NCBI GenBank assembly: GCA_964485315.1
Contig: CAZAIV010000113.1
Location: forward strand, 1 to 32,511
Direction of reading: 5' to 3'
Length of the DNA stretch: 32,511 nt
Source of the DNA: an uncultured Gammaproteobacteria bacterium
GTDB taxonomy: Bacteria; Patescibacteriota; Microgenomatia; Levybacterales; UBA12049
Part shown: positions 6,702 through 15,206 of the stretch, one piece after another
Layout of the letters: every line of letters begins with the position of its first letter
Position numbering within the stretch: position 1 is the stretch's first letter
The notes under the pieces: generated by a model
What the model saw: the letters and a program-made list of their open reading frames with translations, nothing else
What the model was told of the DNA's origin: nothing
Databases searched by the model: none
Made by a program: the position numbers and the translations under genes

Positions 6702-7250
6702 ATGAAGCAACAAGATACCATATTCCGGAAAAAGGACATTATCTTTATAGAATTAATACCGAACGAAAAGATTCTTTCCATTGAACGGCAACATTGGATT
6801 ACGCTTCTGATTACGTTTTTGACACATACGGGAATTGTATTCGTTTTATTCGGAATTTCTATAATATTTTTTCTATTTGATTTTCCCTCATTTTCTTATT
6901 ATCTTTTTTTTTATATGATCCTTGCGCTTCTCTGTCTCATGGCAGTCATTGGGACATACACATGCATGGATTGGTATTACACGTATTATATTGTAACGAC
7001 GAAGCGGGTCATTATCCGCCACTTTTTTAAAATTATTGGTGAATATTATAAAGAAGTCTATCTGCAGATAGGAGTTCGATATGAAGTAGAAAGAATTGCA
7101 AGCAATTTACTTTTTGATGTGCTTGATATAGAAAGTATATATATTGATTTTCGCCAGTTGAACGTGTCTGAACCGTTCATTTTTGATCTCCCGCAACACC
7201 CCGAGAATATTGAACGAGCGTTATATGCTATCGAAGAGATGAATGAATAA
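6702..7250 (+). CDS. Membrane protein with a YdbS/YdbT-like bacterial PH (bPH) organisation, copy 1
   Basis: 182 aa from Met25, with AGGAG at 6684-6688. It shows the typical 'L.P.EKIL...R.HW' entry, then two TM helices, then MDWYYTYYIVTTKRVIIRHF. It is a paralog of 8600-9325. Confidence 0.65.
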   Translation: MKQQDTIFRKKDIIFIELIPNEKILSIERQHWITLLITFLTHTGIVFVLFGISIIFFLFDFPSFSYYLFFYMILALLCLMAVIGTYTCMDWYYTYYIVTTKRVIIRHFFKIIGEYYKEVYLQIGVRYEVERIASNLLFDVLDIESIYIDFRQLNVSEPFIFDLPQHPENIERALYAIEEMNE

Positions 7251-7252
7251 AT

Positions 7253-7462
7253 ATGTTTCTTGTACCATTCTTTGTCATACAGACATTTTTCATATTTCTT
7301 ATCTTTCTGATCATGCTTTCATACTGGCAGGTGCTTGCGAAGGTGCACCGTGCTGAAAGAAAATCAAAAAAACATATTCCCTCTTTCTGGCAAGATATTC
7401 TTTCATTCAATTTTTTCCTTATGCTGCTCTCTATCGTTCTTATTATTATTGTCCACCCTTGA
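7253..7462 (+). CDS. Small 2-TM membrane protein (69 aa), partner of bPH copy 1
   Basis: It starts 2 nt after the preceding stop. Two hydrophobic helices are separated by a basic loop (HRAERKSKKH). The same arrangement recurs at 9331-9531. Confidence 0.45.
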   Translation: MFLVPFFVIQTFFIFLIFLIMLSYWQVLAKVHRAERKSKKHIPSFWQDILSFNFFLMLLSIVLIIIVHP

Positions 7463-7463
7463 A

Positions 7464-8441
7464 TTACGCCGCGACTGCCTGATCGATCGTAATTTCCGCT
7501 ATATTCATGATATACCCGCGCAAACGGTCGAAACTGTCATTGATCAGATTCCATGCAAATGATCTCTTCTCTTCGATTTTTTTTTCAGCGAAAATTGCGT
7601 TTTCAATCGCCTTGTTTGTGTCCAGAACAGTATGCGCAAGATGCTTATCAAGTGTTCGTACCATTTTAGCGGATGTATCCAGAAGGTGCATAATTTTTTT
7701 TTCGATTTCATTCACAAGTCTTTCATCCACAACGATAAGCTCTTTATCAGCGGAAGCCACAATCCTCCCGATCTTTACCGCGTGATCCGCGATCCTTTCC
7801 AGTTGTGTCGCTACATTTCCGTAGTAATAAAAATCCGTTTCCCGCAACCCTGACTCTTCTTGAGAAACTTTATTTCTGATGTTGACATATAGTTGCCTTG
7901 TTATTGCCAGATAGAGTTTATCTATTTCAATATCTCTGCTGACGAGATCTTTGGCGAGTATCATGTCTTTTTGCAACAGCGCCTGAAATGCATCAGAAAC
8001 CATGGATTTCGAGATAAGAAACATTTTCTCGATATTTTCCGACATGGGGAATTTTGCAGGATCAAATATATTTTTTAGAATAATTCCTCCGGACGAATCA
8101 TCGACCAACTCAAAACCAATGAGACTATTACAGATAGTTCTGATTTTATTTCTTTGCTCAGAAAGAGACGTCGTGCTCCGGATGATAATTTCATCAACTC
8201 CCGAAATGTACTGCGCCAGGATCTCTCTTTCCAAAATATTATTCGTGAGTGTATCAGACTTTATCGTCGCTTTAAAGACTTGTTTCTTCGCGCTCGCGGG
8301 CTGGATAATCAATGTATTCGGCCCTTCCGGAAGTATTTTGACGAGATCTTTATCCTGCAATTTCGCATCATCAAGCCACTTTTTAGGAAGCGTAATAGTG
8401 AGACTTGAACCACCTGTTCGTTGTAACCTTCGTATTTCCAT
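7464..8441 (-). CDS. AbrB/SpoVT-domain plus PhoU-domain regulator
   Basis: 325-aa ORF. The N-terminus MEIRRLQRTGGSSLTITLPKKWLDDAKL is an AbrB-type swapped-hairpin motif. It is followed by two PhoU-like helical repeats (…DIEIDKLYLAITRQL…, …ATQLERIADHAVKIGRIV…). Confidence 0.8.
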   Translation of the reverse strand: MEIRRLQRTGGSSLTITLPKKWLDDAKLQDKDLVKILPEGPNTLIIQPASAKKQVFKATIKSDTLTNNILEREILAQYISGVDEIIIRSTTSLSEQRNKIRTICNSLIGFELVDDSSGGIILKNIFDPAKFPMSENIEKMFLISKSMVSDAFQALLQKDMILAKDLVSRDIEIDKLYLAITRQLYVNIRNKVSQEESGLRETDFYYYGNVATQLERIADHAVKIGRIVASADKELIVVDERLVNEIEKKIMHLLDTSAKMVRTLDKHLAHTVLDTNKAIENAIFAEKKIEEKRSFAWNLINDSFDRLRGYIMNIAEITIDQAVAA

Positions 8442-8519
8442 CCTGTATATATTCTATATATCACATAGCACAAATAAATGCAACGGTCTTTTTGCCTGAG
8501 TAAGATATAGAATAATCTA

Positions 8520-8548
8520 TTGACATACGCGCTTGAAGTATATATTAT
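8520..8548 (+). promoter_or_regulatory. Sigma70-like promoter for the 8600-9531 cassette
   Basis: TTGACA (8520-8525), a 17-nt spacer, then TATTAT (8543-8548), in the divergent spacer between the PhoU-like gene and bPH copy 2. Confidence 0.45.
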
Positions 8549-8599
8549 ATTACCAAAGTATATATATTTGTAGGTTTTATATACTATTTGTAAAACTAC

Positions 8600-9325
8600 A
8601 TGAATACTTCAGATCAACAGTTTCTGCAGATGTATAACGGGTTGAGAAATTTTCTTACATTACCCGGAGAAAAACTTCTTTTTGCGAAACGAAAACATTT
8701 CCTTATTCTTCTGATGCCGATCTGCATGATCATACTTATGTTTTTTGTGATACTGAGTATACTGTTTGTTTTTGTAGGACTATTTCTTCCTTCCGAATAT
8801 AAAGTGCTCATTGGAATAAACTCGTTATTTCTTCTTGTTTCCGTAAGCCTGATCGGAAAGCTTATGGTAGACTGGTACTTTCATTTATACGTGATCACAA
8901 ATCGAAAAATTCTTGATGTTTCGTATAGCCCGTTTTTTTCAAAAAATATTACTGCCGTATCGTTAGATCAGGTACGATGCATAGAAACATCCGTCAAGAT
9001 ACAAGGACCGCTGGAGACATATTTAGACATAGGAGATGTGACTCTTCACCTCGACATGCTTACTCACGAAAGTACGTTTGTCCTCCCCAGCATTGGCACA
9101 GCACATAAAATAGGCGTTTCTATCGGAGATCGGTTAAACGCCATCATTGCCACAAGGTCACAATCTTCTACCTTTACGGCCTCTCTTCAGCAGGATGAAA
9201 ATAATATTATCGGCAGTTACAATCTTCCCGTGGGAAAATCAGAAGCGCAACTCACGACCAAATCAGGGCAAACGAGAAGACCGGGGTATACGATGATACC
9301 ACGCCACTCACTCGGAATAGGATAA
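8600..9325 (+). CDS. Membrane protein with bPH-like organisation, copy 2
   Basis: 241-aa ORF with LPGEKLLFAKRKHFLILLMPI, two TM helices, then VDWYFHLYVITNRKILDVSY. It is alignable with copy 1 and has an extra ~60-aa polar tail. Confidence 0.65.
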   Translation: MNTSDQQFLQMYNGLRNFLTLPGEKLLFAKRKHFLILLMPICMIILMFFVILSILFVFVGLFLPSEYKVLIGINSLFLLVSVSLIGKLMVDWYFHLYVITNRKILDVSYSPFFSKNITAVSLDQVRCIETSVKIQGPLETYLDIGDVTLHLDMLTHESTFVLPSIGTAHKIGVSIGDRLNAIIATRSQSSTFTASLQQDENNIIGSYNLPVGKSEAQLTTKSGQTRRPGYTMIPRHSLGIG

Positions 9326-9330
9326 AACCT

Positions 9331-9531
9331 ATGATTATCTTTTATCTGGTGTGTTTTTTGATCGTCGTAGTCATTGGCTTATATAACTGGTTTTATTTCA
9401 GTCAGATAAAAAAAGCTGATCAATTGGTCGGTTTTAAGCTGCACAAAGTAATAGAAAAAACGTTTGTTTCAATTCTTATTCTTTCGGTAGCAATCGCTCT
9501 ATTTTGGGTAATTGTTTTATTTAATGCATAA
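9331..9531 (+). CDS. Small 2-TM membrane protein (66 aa), partner of bPH copy 2
   Basis: It starts 5 nt after the preceding stop and has the same size and topology as 7253-7462. Confidence 0.45.
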   Translation: MIIFYLVCFLIVVVIGLYNWFYFSQIKKADQLVGFKLHKVIEKTFVSILILSVAIALFWVIVLFNA

Positions 9532-9557
9532 AACGCAATTGATAAACCGCATGTTTC

Positions 9558-10184
9558 ATGGTAAGATGCTCATCAATGGCATTAACACAATTAAAACAAA
9601 CAACATTCGATGGCATTTCGTATGTTTGTCCTACATGGGAGCAGATGGGCATATACAATTTCGACTTGGCGAAACAAATCAGCTCATCAGGACAATCCTT
9701 CGATAGAATCATCGCCCTGGCGCGGGGAGGATGGACATGGGCAAGAGATCTTTCCGACGGCTTACGAATTCCTGAGATTTCCTCTTTACGAATCAAATCA
9801 TATACAAACGTACATGAATCTCAAGCGCCAAAAATTGTCCAACCATTAACGGACGCAATTACCGGAGAAGAAATACTTTTGTTTGATGAAGTGATCGACT
9901 CGGGGGAAACAATTAAAAAGGCAAAAGACTATATAAAAGTAATGGGGGCAAAAAAAATAAAAACCGCAGCGCTTTGTTATAAACCCCGTTCTGTTGTAAA
10001 ACCTGATTTTTTCGCGTTCAGTACGGATGTATGGGTCGTTTTTCCACATGAAATCAGGGAGTTCATAGAGGGATGTTCGAATACATGGATGTCCGCGGGC
10101 ATATCAAATAAAGAAATCAAAAAAAGATGTATCAAAATCGGAATTCCCAAAGAACAGGTAGAATTCTATTGCTCCTTATATTAA
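9558..10184 (+). CDS. Purine (xanthine-guanine type) phosphoribosyltransferase-like protein
   Basis: PRPP-binding motif ILLFDEVIDSGETI, and ALARGGW...ISSLRIKSY colinear with the Gpt-type PRTases. The start may instead be Met7 (9576). Confidence 0.75.
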   Translation: MVRCSSMALTQLKQTTFDGISYVCPTWEQMGIYNFDLAKQISSSGQSFDRIIALARGGWTWARDLSDGLRIPEISSLRIKSYTNVHESQAPKIVQPLTDAITGEEILLFDEVIDSGETIKKAKDYIKVMGAKKIKTAALCYKPRSVVKPDFFAFSTDVWVVFPHEIREFIEGCSNTWMSAGISNKEIKKRCIKIGIPKEQVEFYCSLY

Positions 10185-10222
10185 ATAATTCCATAATATG
10201 CATTTTTAAACGAAACTTTTTT

Positions 10223-10552
10223 TTATGCACTTCTTCTAATTCCTTTAGGAGTACCCAAAATCAACCCTTTACGCCGTGCAGAATCACGAAGCATTGCTAA
10301 TACAGCTGCTCCATTTTCGTATCCCAATCTTTTATATGCTTCATTTTTATTGCATGTCAATAAATAAACTATTTTCTCCGCCTGTTTATCTTTGAAGCTT
10401 TGTCTTCGATCCATGCCTCTCAATACACATTTCGGCGGTAATCCTCTCTTCTCAGCATCGTAGCGCTCTTTCGCGGTTCCGCGATCCATTGGATAATTTC
10501 CTTCGCTCTCCACTATTTTACTAAATCTTCCCATAGTACGGAAATATAGCAT
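10223..10552 (-). CDS. Hypothetical basic protein (109 aa)
   Basis: It is the only sizeable ORF in this gap and is co-directional with the upstream nusA-infB-DHH genes. I recognise no motif. The start is uncertain (Met1 at 10552 or Met7 at 10534). Confidence 0.4.
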   Translation of the reverse strand: MLYFRTMGRFSKIVESEGNYPMDRGTAKERYDAEKRGLPPKCVLRGMDRRQSFKDKQAEKIVYLLTCNKNEAYKRLGYENGAAVLAMLRDSARRKGLILGTPKGIRRSA

Positions 10553-10609
10553 ATATTATGAAGTCTATCAAGCAAGTAAGCTACGTATTTATCTTATCTA
10601 GTCTAGAAC

Positions 10610-11668
10610 CTATACATTAGTGGAACCTTTGTAAACCTTTGGCGTTAACCAATCAGCCGGAGGGTTCATATTGTCATCAGTCTGATTTGTTATCGGTTGC
10701 TGTACCGGTGCGGTTCGGGTTTGCGTTTGTGCAGGACGCACCTGTTGTGATGGTTGCTGTCTTACCATATTCTCGCTTTGCTGTCTGCTGTCAACACTTC
10801 GTTGTAACTGATCCAGCCATGCATCATTAGTCTGCGCAGGTTGAACCGAAGATCGCTGTACGGGCGTTTGACGCTGCGGCTGACGAGGTTGCACTCTCTG
10901 CACCGGCGCCTGGCCTTGATTGTTTGTCGTGATTCTCCTTGCGCCTTTTCTCAATAGAATTGCTGCGATCTCAAATGCCAAATAACTCGTACTTTGGCTT
11001 TGGAAATTGTCCGTTGCTGATGAAATACCGATAAGAAGATTTTGTGCCGTATCCGGGTCAAAGTCATATCCGAGTGAAAGCAGTAAATCTGCTACCTGTT
11101 CACTGACAGATGAAAATTTTGGAGAGACAAGCACGACATTTCCATAATTTTCGTTTTGATCCTTGTTATCAATATTGATAACCGTCGTGTTTCTATCATT
11201 TACCGCGTTATACAATGTTTGCACATCAGATAAACGAGAAATACCGACTGTGAAGAGCAATCCTGCCGTGCCTCCGCCTCCACCCGAACTGTATCTGACA
11301 TCCTGCTCCGTAAATGATAGCCCCTGTTCTCCTGCCTTGACGATAATGTTTAAGAATCCGTTTTCGATGGTATATGAGACCTTTTCAATTTCTCCTTCTT
11401 CTTTATATGGAAATGATACCGTCAAATCACCGCCTGTATTTGCTTGTAATTGCGTGGTAACCTTGTCGATGCCGACGAGCGAGGAATGCTCAACCAGGGG
11501 TTCTGTAACAGAAGCTACTGCGACCTTTTTACCGCTAGCCTGTAACGTGAGATACAAAGCAAGAGCAGCTGCCATATCATCTATCTTCGGATTACGCCCA
11601 ACGATAACAGAAACGTGGTCATTTCGGTCAACTATCTCTTTAATTTGTTGCAATGCCTGATTATCCAT
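10610..11668 (-). CDS. Degenerate DHH-family (NrnA-like) protein with a Q/P-rich tail in place of DHHA1
   Basis: It is colinear with the NrnA N-domain, but the catalytic motifs are altered. Motif I reads GRNPKIDDMAAA, motif III DHH reads DNK (nt 11162-11170), and motif IV GDTGRF reads SATDNF. The last ~107 aa are low-complexity Q/P/R. Its position after infB matches the known nusA-infB-(rbfA)-nrnA synteny. Confidence 0.7.
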   Translation of the reverse strand: MDNQALQQIKEIVDRNDHVSVIVGRNPKIDDMAAALALYLTLQASGKKVAVASVTEPLVEHSSLVGIDKVTTQLQANTGGDLTVSFPYKEEGEIEKVSYTIENGFLNIIVKAGEQGLSFTEQDVRYSSGGGGGTAGLLFTVGISRLSDVQTLYNAVNDRNTTVINIDNKDQNENYGNVVLVSPKFSSVSEQVADLLLSLGYDFDPDTAQNLLIGISSATDNFQSQSTSYLAFEIAAILLRKGARRITTNNQGQAPVQRVQPRQPQRQTPVQRSSVQPAQTNDAWLDQLQRSVDSRQQSENMVRQQPSQQVRPAQTQTRTAPVQQPITNQTDDNMNPPADWLTPKVYKGSTNV

Positions 11669-11679
11669 ATCCTATAAGA

Positions 11680-13143
11680 TTAACTGTGAGATAATATCAC
11701 ATCCCCCGGTAAAAAGTCAAGAGGAGCGCTCAACAAAACGCCGGCTTCATGACCTTTTTCAACTCTGGATTGTACCTCTTTTCCTACGCGAAGCGAAGAT
11801 ATGACAGCTTCACCTACTATAGTGTCTACACGCATGACACGCACTCTGTCTCCTCGCGCAATACGACCGTCTGTTACACTGACCCCAGCCACATAAGCCT
11901 TTTCGAAGGGAAACTTAGCCAGAACACGAGCCGTACCATAAATCTCTTCTACCATTGCAAGGCGCCTTCCTTCCATCACGTCGGTGATTTCATCAATCAT
12001 CTCATAGATAATATTGTAATTTTTTGCAAGAACCTTCTCGGTTATAGCTAATTTCTGTACGTTCGGCCGTATTTTTGTATTAAAACTGACAACAATTGCC
12101 CCGGTAGATTTTGCCATAAGTATATCCGCTTCAGACACTTCCCCTGTTTTTTTACTGATAATATCCACTTCCTTTGGCAAGGCGTGTTGTATGGCCTCTA
12201 GAGACCCCTGCGTGTCAGCGCAAATGATCAAACGCAGCTTAGACGTATCTTTCACCGGCGAATAGACTGCGGGCTCGGTCTCTTCAAATGGTATAACCAG
12301 CACTTCACGGTTATCTTTACCAGTAACGAGACTTCCTACACTGACGACCTGACTCATGCCAAGCAGTTCGGCAGCCTGACCTACAGAGACACTTTGTGCC
12401 TGTTCTCCGTTGGGGTTGATGAGATTTCGCACCCTGAATATGGCATCTTCACAAACAACTTCATCCCTGATATGCAGCATTCCGTTTTTGACGACCACTG
12501 TTGCGAGCGCTCCTCTCTTCGGATCCAGTTTCGATTCGATGACGATTGCCGATAATGGGGCTTCTAATGAAATAGAAGAGGAAATTTGACGCATATCAAA
12601 CGAAAGCAAAACGAGGCCTAATAACTCCTTTACGTTTAGTCCTGTTTTTGCTGAAACTTCCAGATAGGGAACATCGCCGCCTAATCCTTCAAGCATCACA
12701 CCCTCTTTCAAAAGTTGTTTCTTCACTTTTTCAATCATTTTTCCTTCAAGATCAGCCTTCGTTAAGGCAACGATGAAGGGCAACTGTGCATCCTGCAATA
12801 ATGTAATACCCTCACGAGTTTGCGGCATAACACCATCGACAGATGAAACAACCAAAATACCTATATCTGCTGCTTGAGCGCCTCGTGAACGCATAGCGGT
12901 AAATGCTTCATGTCCGGGTGTATCGATGAATGTTATGAAACGTTTCTGTCCATCATGCATGATTTCCACGCTTGACGCACCGATCTTCTGTGTAATTCCA
13001 CCGAATTCCCGCTCTGCGAGAGAGGATTTTCGAATCGCGTCCAGAAGTGTCGTTTTTCCATGATCCACATGGCCCAATACAGTTACGACAGGAGGAAAAT
13101 TCGTTGTAGAGTGAGACTGTGATATGTTTTGTGGTTTTTCCAT
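11680..13143 (-). CDS. infB: Translation initiation factor IF-2 (short form)
   Basis: 487-aa ORF with G-domain motifs VVTVLGHVDHGKTTLLD, DTPGHEAF and TKAD. Domains II and C1-C2 follow. The long N-terminal region of E. coli IF-2 is absent. Confidence 0.95.
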   Translation of the reverse strand: MEKPQNISQSHSTTNFPPVVTVLGHVDHGKTTLLDAIRKSSLAEREFGGITQKIGASSVEIMHDGQKRFITFIDTPGHEAFTAMRSRGAQAADIGILVVSSVDGVMPQTREGITLLQDAQLPFIVALTKADLEGKMIEKVKKQLLKEGVMLEGLGGDVPYLEVSAKTGLNVKELLGLVLLSFDMRQISSSISLEAPLSAIVIESKLDPKRGALATVVVKNGMLHIRDEVVCEDAIFRVRNLINPNGEQAQSVSVGQAAELLGMSQVVSVGSLVTGKDNREVLVIPFEETEPAVYSPVKDTSKLRLIICADTQGSLEAIQHALPKEVDIISKKTGEVSEADILMAKSTGAIVVSFNTKIRPNVQKLAITEKVLAKNYNIIYEMIDEITDVMEGRRLAMVEEIYGTARVLAKFPFEKAYVAGVSVTDGRIARGDRVRVMRVDTIVGEAVISSLRVGKEVQSRVEKGHEAGVLLSAPLDFLPGDVILSHS

Positions 13144-13173
13144 AGCTGTAAAGTATATATAGTATTTTTCATA

Positions 13174-13290
13174 TATTTCTAATTGAGCTAATTGCTTTAA
13201 TTTCTAAATGAACAAATCATGTCAATGTATTTTATCTTTAGAATTTGGGATTTTATTAGAATAATTAGAAATTAGCGTACTTAGAAATTA
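13174..13290. repeat. Cluster of TTAGAA / TTCTAA hexamers in the nusA-infB spacer
   Basis: TTAGAA occurs at 13238, 13256, 13265 and 13281. The complement TTCTAA occurs at 13177 and 13202. TAATTTCTAA and TTAGAAATTA can pair. Confidence 0.5.
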
Positions 13291-14367
13291 CTCTGCCGAC
13301 GCTGTCTTTTTTTCAATATCAGGATCCTCAGGTTTATCAACCTCGACGTCAACTGATGTTTCAGCGCCTTTTCCCTCTGCAATTTGCTCTTCGCTATTTA
13401 CAATCTCTTTTGCTTCCTCTTCCACTCCTGTAATTTCTACCCTATATCCAGTCAATCTTGAAGCCAAACGGACATTTTGTCCATCTTTCCCAATTGCGAG
13501 AGATAATTCATCCTGCGGAACAATAACATGGGCTACTTTATTCTCCTCGTCAATTTTTACTGTTACATGTTTTGCCGGAGAAAGAGCCTGTTCTACATAA
13601 AGCAACGACTCATCCTGCCACTGGATGATATCAATCTTTTCAAGACCGTTGAACTCCTGAATGATTGCCTGCACACGGACTCCTTTTTGTCCCACGCATG
13701 AACCGACCGGATCAATGCCTGACTGATTGGAGTATACCGCTACTTTTGCTCTGTTTCCGGGTTCTCTGACAATTGCTTTGATTTCCACACTTCCCGACGC
13801 GACCTCTGGTACTTCGCGCTTGAACAATCCTTCAAGCAATCCGTTATGTGCTCTCGAAACGATAATTTCATCTCCCCGTATACCCGGTTTAATTTCTACT
13901 ATATAAACAGTCAGACGTTGATTCAAATTATATTTTTCATTTGGAATTTGCTCATGCGGAGGCATAACTGCTTCTGTTTTTCCAATATCTACGATGATAT
14001 TCGGACCTGCAAAACGAAGCACCATTCCGTTAACGATTGTTCCTATGCGATCCCGATAATCGGTTAAAATCGCTTCTTTTTCTTTTTCCCTTATTTTTTG
14101 TAGGATAATTTGTTTGGCAGTTTGGGCTGCAATCCTACCGAATCCCGGAGGAGTGACATCTTTTCCGTTCTGAAGAATTTTTGCTTCACCGGTATTCGGA
14201 TTTAATTCCGCTTCAAATTCTTCGATAACGACGTCGGGATGATCTTTTCGATACGCTGCAAGAATCGCTGCTTTCACCGTATCGAGAACGACGGAAACAT
14301 CCACACCCCGCTCTGAGGCGACTTGATTAAGCGCGAGCGCGAATTCTGATCGTTGTATAGCCGGCAT
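13288..14367 (-). CDS. nusA: Transcription termination/antitermination factor NusA
   Basis: 359-aa ORF with the N-terminal NusA domain (EFALALNQVASERGV), an S1 domain and two KH domains (…GSCVGQKGVRVQAI…, …LAIGKDGQNVRLASRLTG…). It has an acidic tail and no AR1/AR2. Confidence 0.95.
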   Translation of the reverse strand: MPAIQRSEFALALNQVASERGVDVSVVLDTVKAAILAAYRKDHPDVVIEEFEAELNPNTGEAKILQNGKDVTPPGFGRIAAQTAKQIILQKIREKEKEAILTDYRDRIGTIVNGMVLRFAGPNIIVDIGKTEAVMPPHEQIPNEKYNLNQRLTVYIVEIKPGIRGDEIIVSRAHNGLLEGLFKREVPEVASGSVEIKAIVREPGNRAKVAVYSNQSGIDPVGSCVGQKGVRVQAIIQEFNGLEKIDIIQWQDESLLYVEQALSPAKHVTVKIDEENKVAHVIVPQDELSLAIGKDGQNVRLASRLTGYRVEITGVEEEAKEIVNSEEQIAEGKGAETSVDVEVDKPEDPDIEKKTASAE

Positions 14368-14445
14368 AGTATGCTTAGTATACCAGATTATGCCCGCTCA
14401 TTCAACCCGAGGAAAGTCAAATTTCACCAGCTATCATACTATAGG

Positions 14446-14474
14446 TTGATATTTTGTTCATTTTTTGCTATTAT
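14446..14474 (+). promoter_or_regulatory. Sigma70-like promoter candidate
   Basis: TTGATA (14446-14451), a 17-nt spacer, then TATTAT (14469-14474). The ATG at 14487 follows 12 nt later. Confidence 0.4.
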
Positions 14475-14486
14475 ATTTATGAATAT

Positions 14487-15206
14487 ATGAGATCAGAGGC
14501 AGAGCCAATTTACAGAGAAAGGCAACCCATTACTTGTGAGGGGGTAGCACGAAGAATTACAGACGTTGTAAGAGTTTATCAGGATGCTGGCTATGATCCT
14601 AGACTCATTGGCTTATTTGGCCGTCAAGCATCCCTTAATACTGACGTTCCTTCTGTCACTAGGAATAATGGAGCATATAGAGACATTGATCTGACAGTAC
14701 TATCAATACCTGCAGGGAGAGACATTGCCTCTTTAGATCATGAAGCGAGGCACATTGCATACCCAATTGGTCTTGATACGTTCAATTCTCTTTTTGTTAA
14801 TAATGCTAATGGAGCAACAAGTATAAGATATAAAGGTATCCTTCTTCCGATTGACCCAAAAGTTATTGAATCTAGAGAAGGACATTTAGCAGATGTAGCA
14901 ATTCCTACATTTAATCCCAGAACACTTTTTCATCTATCGGCATTATATATATCGATGAGATCAAAAGATAAAACATCGTTGCTGCAATTTGGAAGAAATA
15001 TGCGCAATGCAACCGATCTTTTGCCCGAAGAATTATTTGAACCTTTTCATCATATGATGGACATAAAAAGAAGAGAGTATCCTTTGGATATGTTCGTAGT
15101 TGCATTACACGACTTTTATTCTAATTACTGTCCCTCAACAATAAGGCAGAAATTACATCCCATCTTGGGAAAAGCTATCATGTCATTCTGGAACAGAGAT
15201 AGATGA
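14487..15206 (+). CDS. Hypothetical protein with a possible Pol-beta-type nucleotidyltransferase motif
   Basis: 239 aa from the first ATG; the 14454 start in the ORF track is a TTG inside the promoter. LIGLFGRQAS...YRDIDLTVL resembles the hG[GS]...DxD NTase signature. The 3' end overlaps the convergent Clp-like gene by 24 nt. Confidence 0.55.
   Translation: MRSEAEPIYRERQPITCEGVARRITDVVRVYQDAGYDPRLIGLFGRQASLNTDVPSVTRNNGAYRDIDLTVLSIPAGRDIASLDHEARHIAYPIGLDTFNSLFVNNANGATSIRYKGILLPIDPKVIESREGHLADVAIPTFNPRTLFHLSALYISMRSKDKTSLLQFGRNMRNATDLLPEELFEPFHHMMDIKRREYPLDMFVVALHDFYSNYCPSTIRQKLHPILGKAIMSFWNRDR

Noticed and set aside
10590-10610. The TCTAGTCTAG decamer shared between the spacer after the DHH-like gene (10597-10606) and the spacer after the M4 gene (17938-17947).
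   Set aside because: A single 10-nt match between two AT-rich spacers has no flanking similarity. It is compatible with chance and too little to call a repeat family.
11163-11660. A 165-aa plus-strand ORF. The same applies to 8002-8499, 21138-21584, 25595-26077, 3217-3636, 2520-2909, 24779-25135 and other long ORFs antisense to recognised genes.
   Set aside because: They lie wholly inside, and antisense to, genes with strong family motifs (DHH-like, PhoU-like, Hsp100, giant protein, pnp). Their translations are low-complexity or Cys/Ser/Phe-skewed with no motifs, so they are typical shadow ORFs.
13144-13287. A missing ylxR/L7Ae-type small gene, or rimP, around nusA-infB.
   Set aside because: No ORF of useful length exists in the 144-nt nusA-infB spacer or the 87-nt region upstream of nusA. 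Absence is simply noted, and nothing can be annotated.
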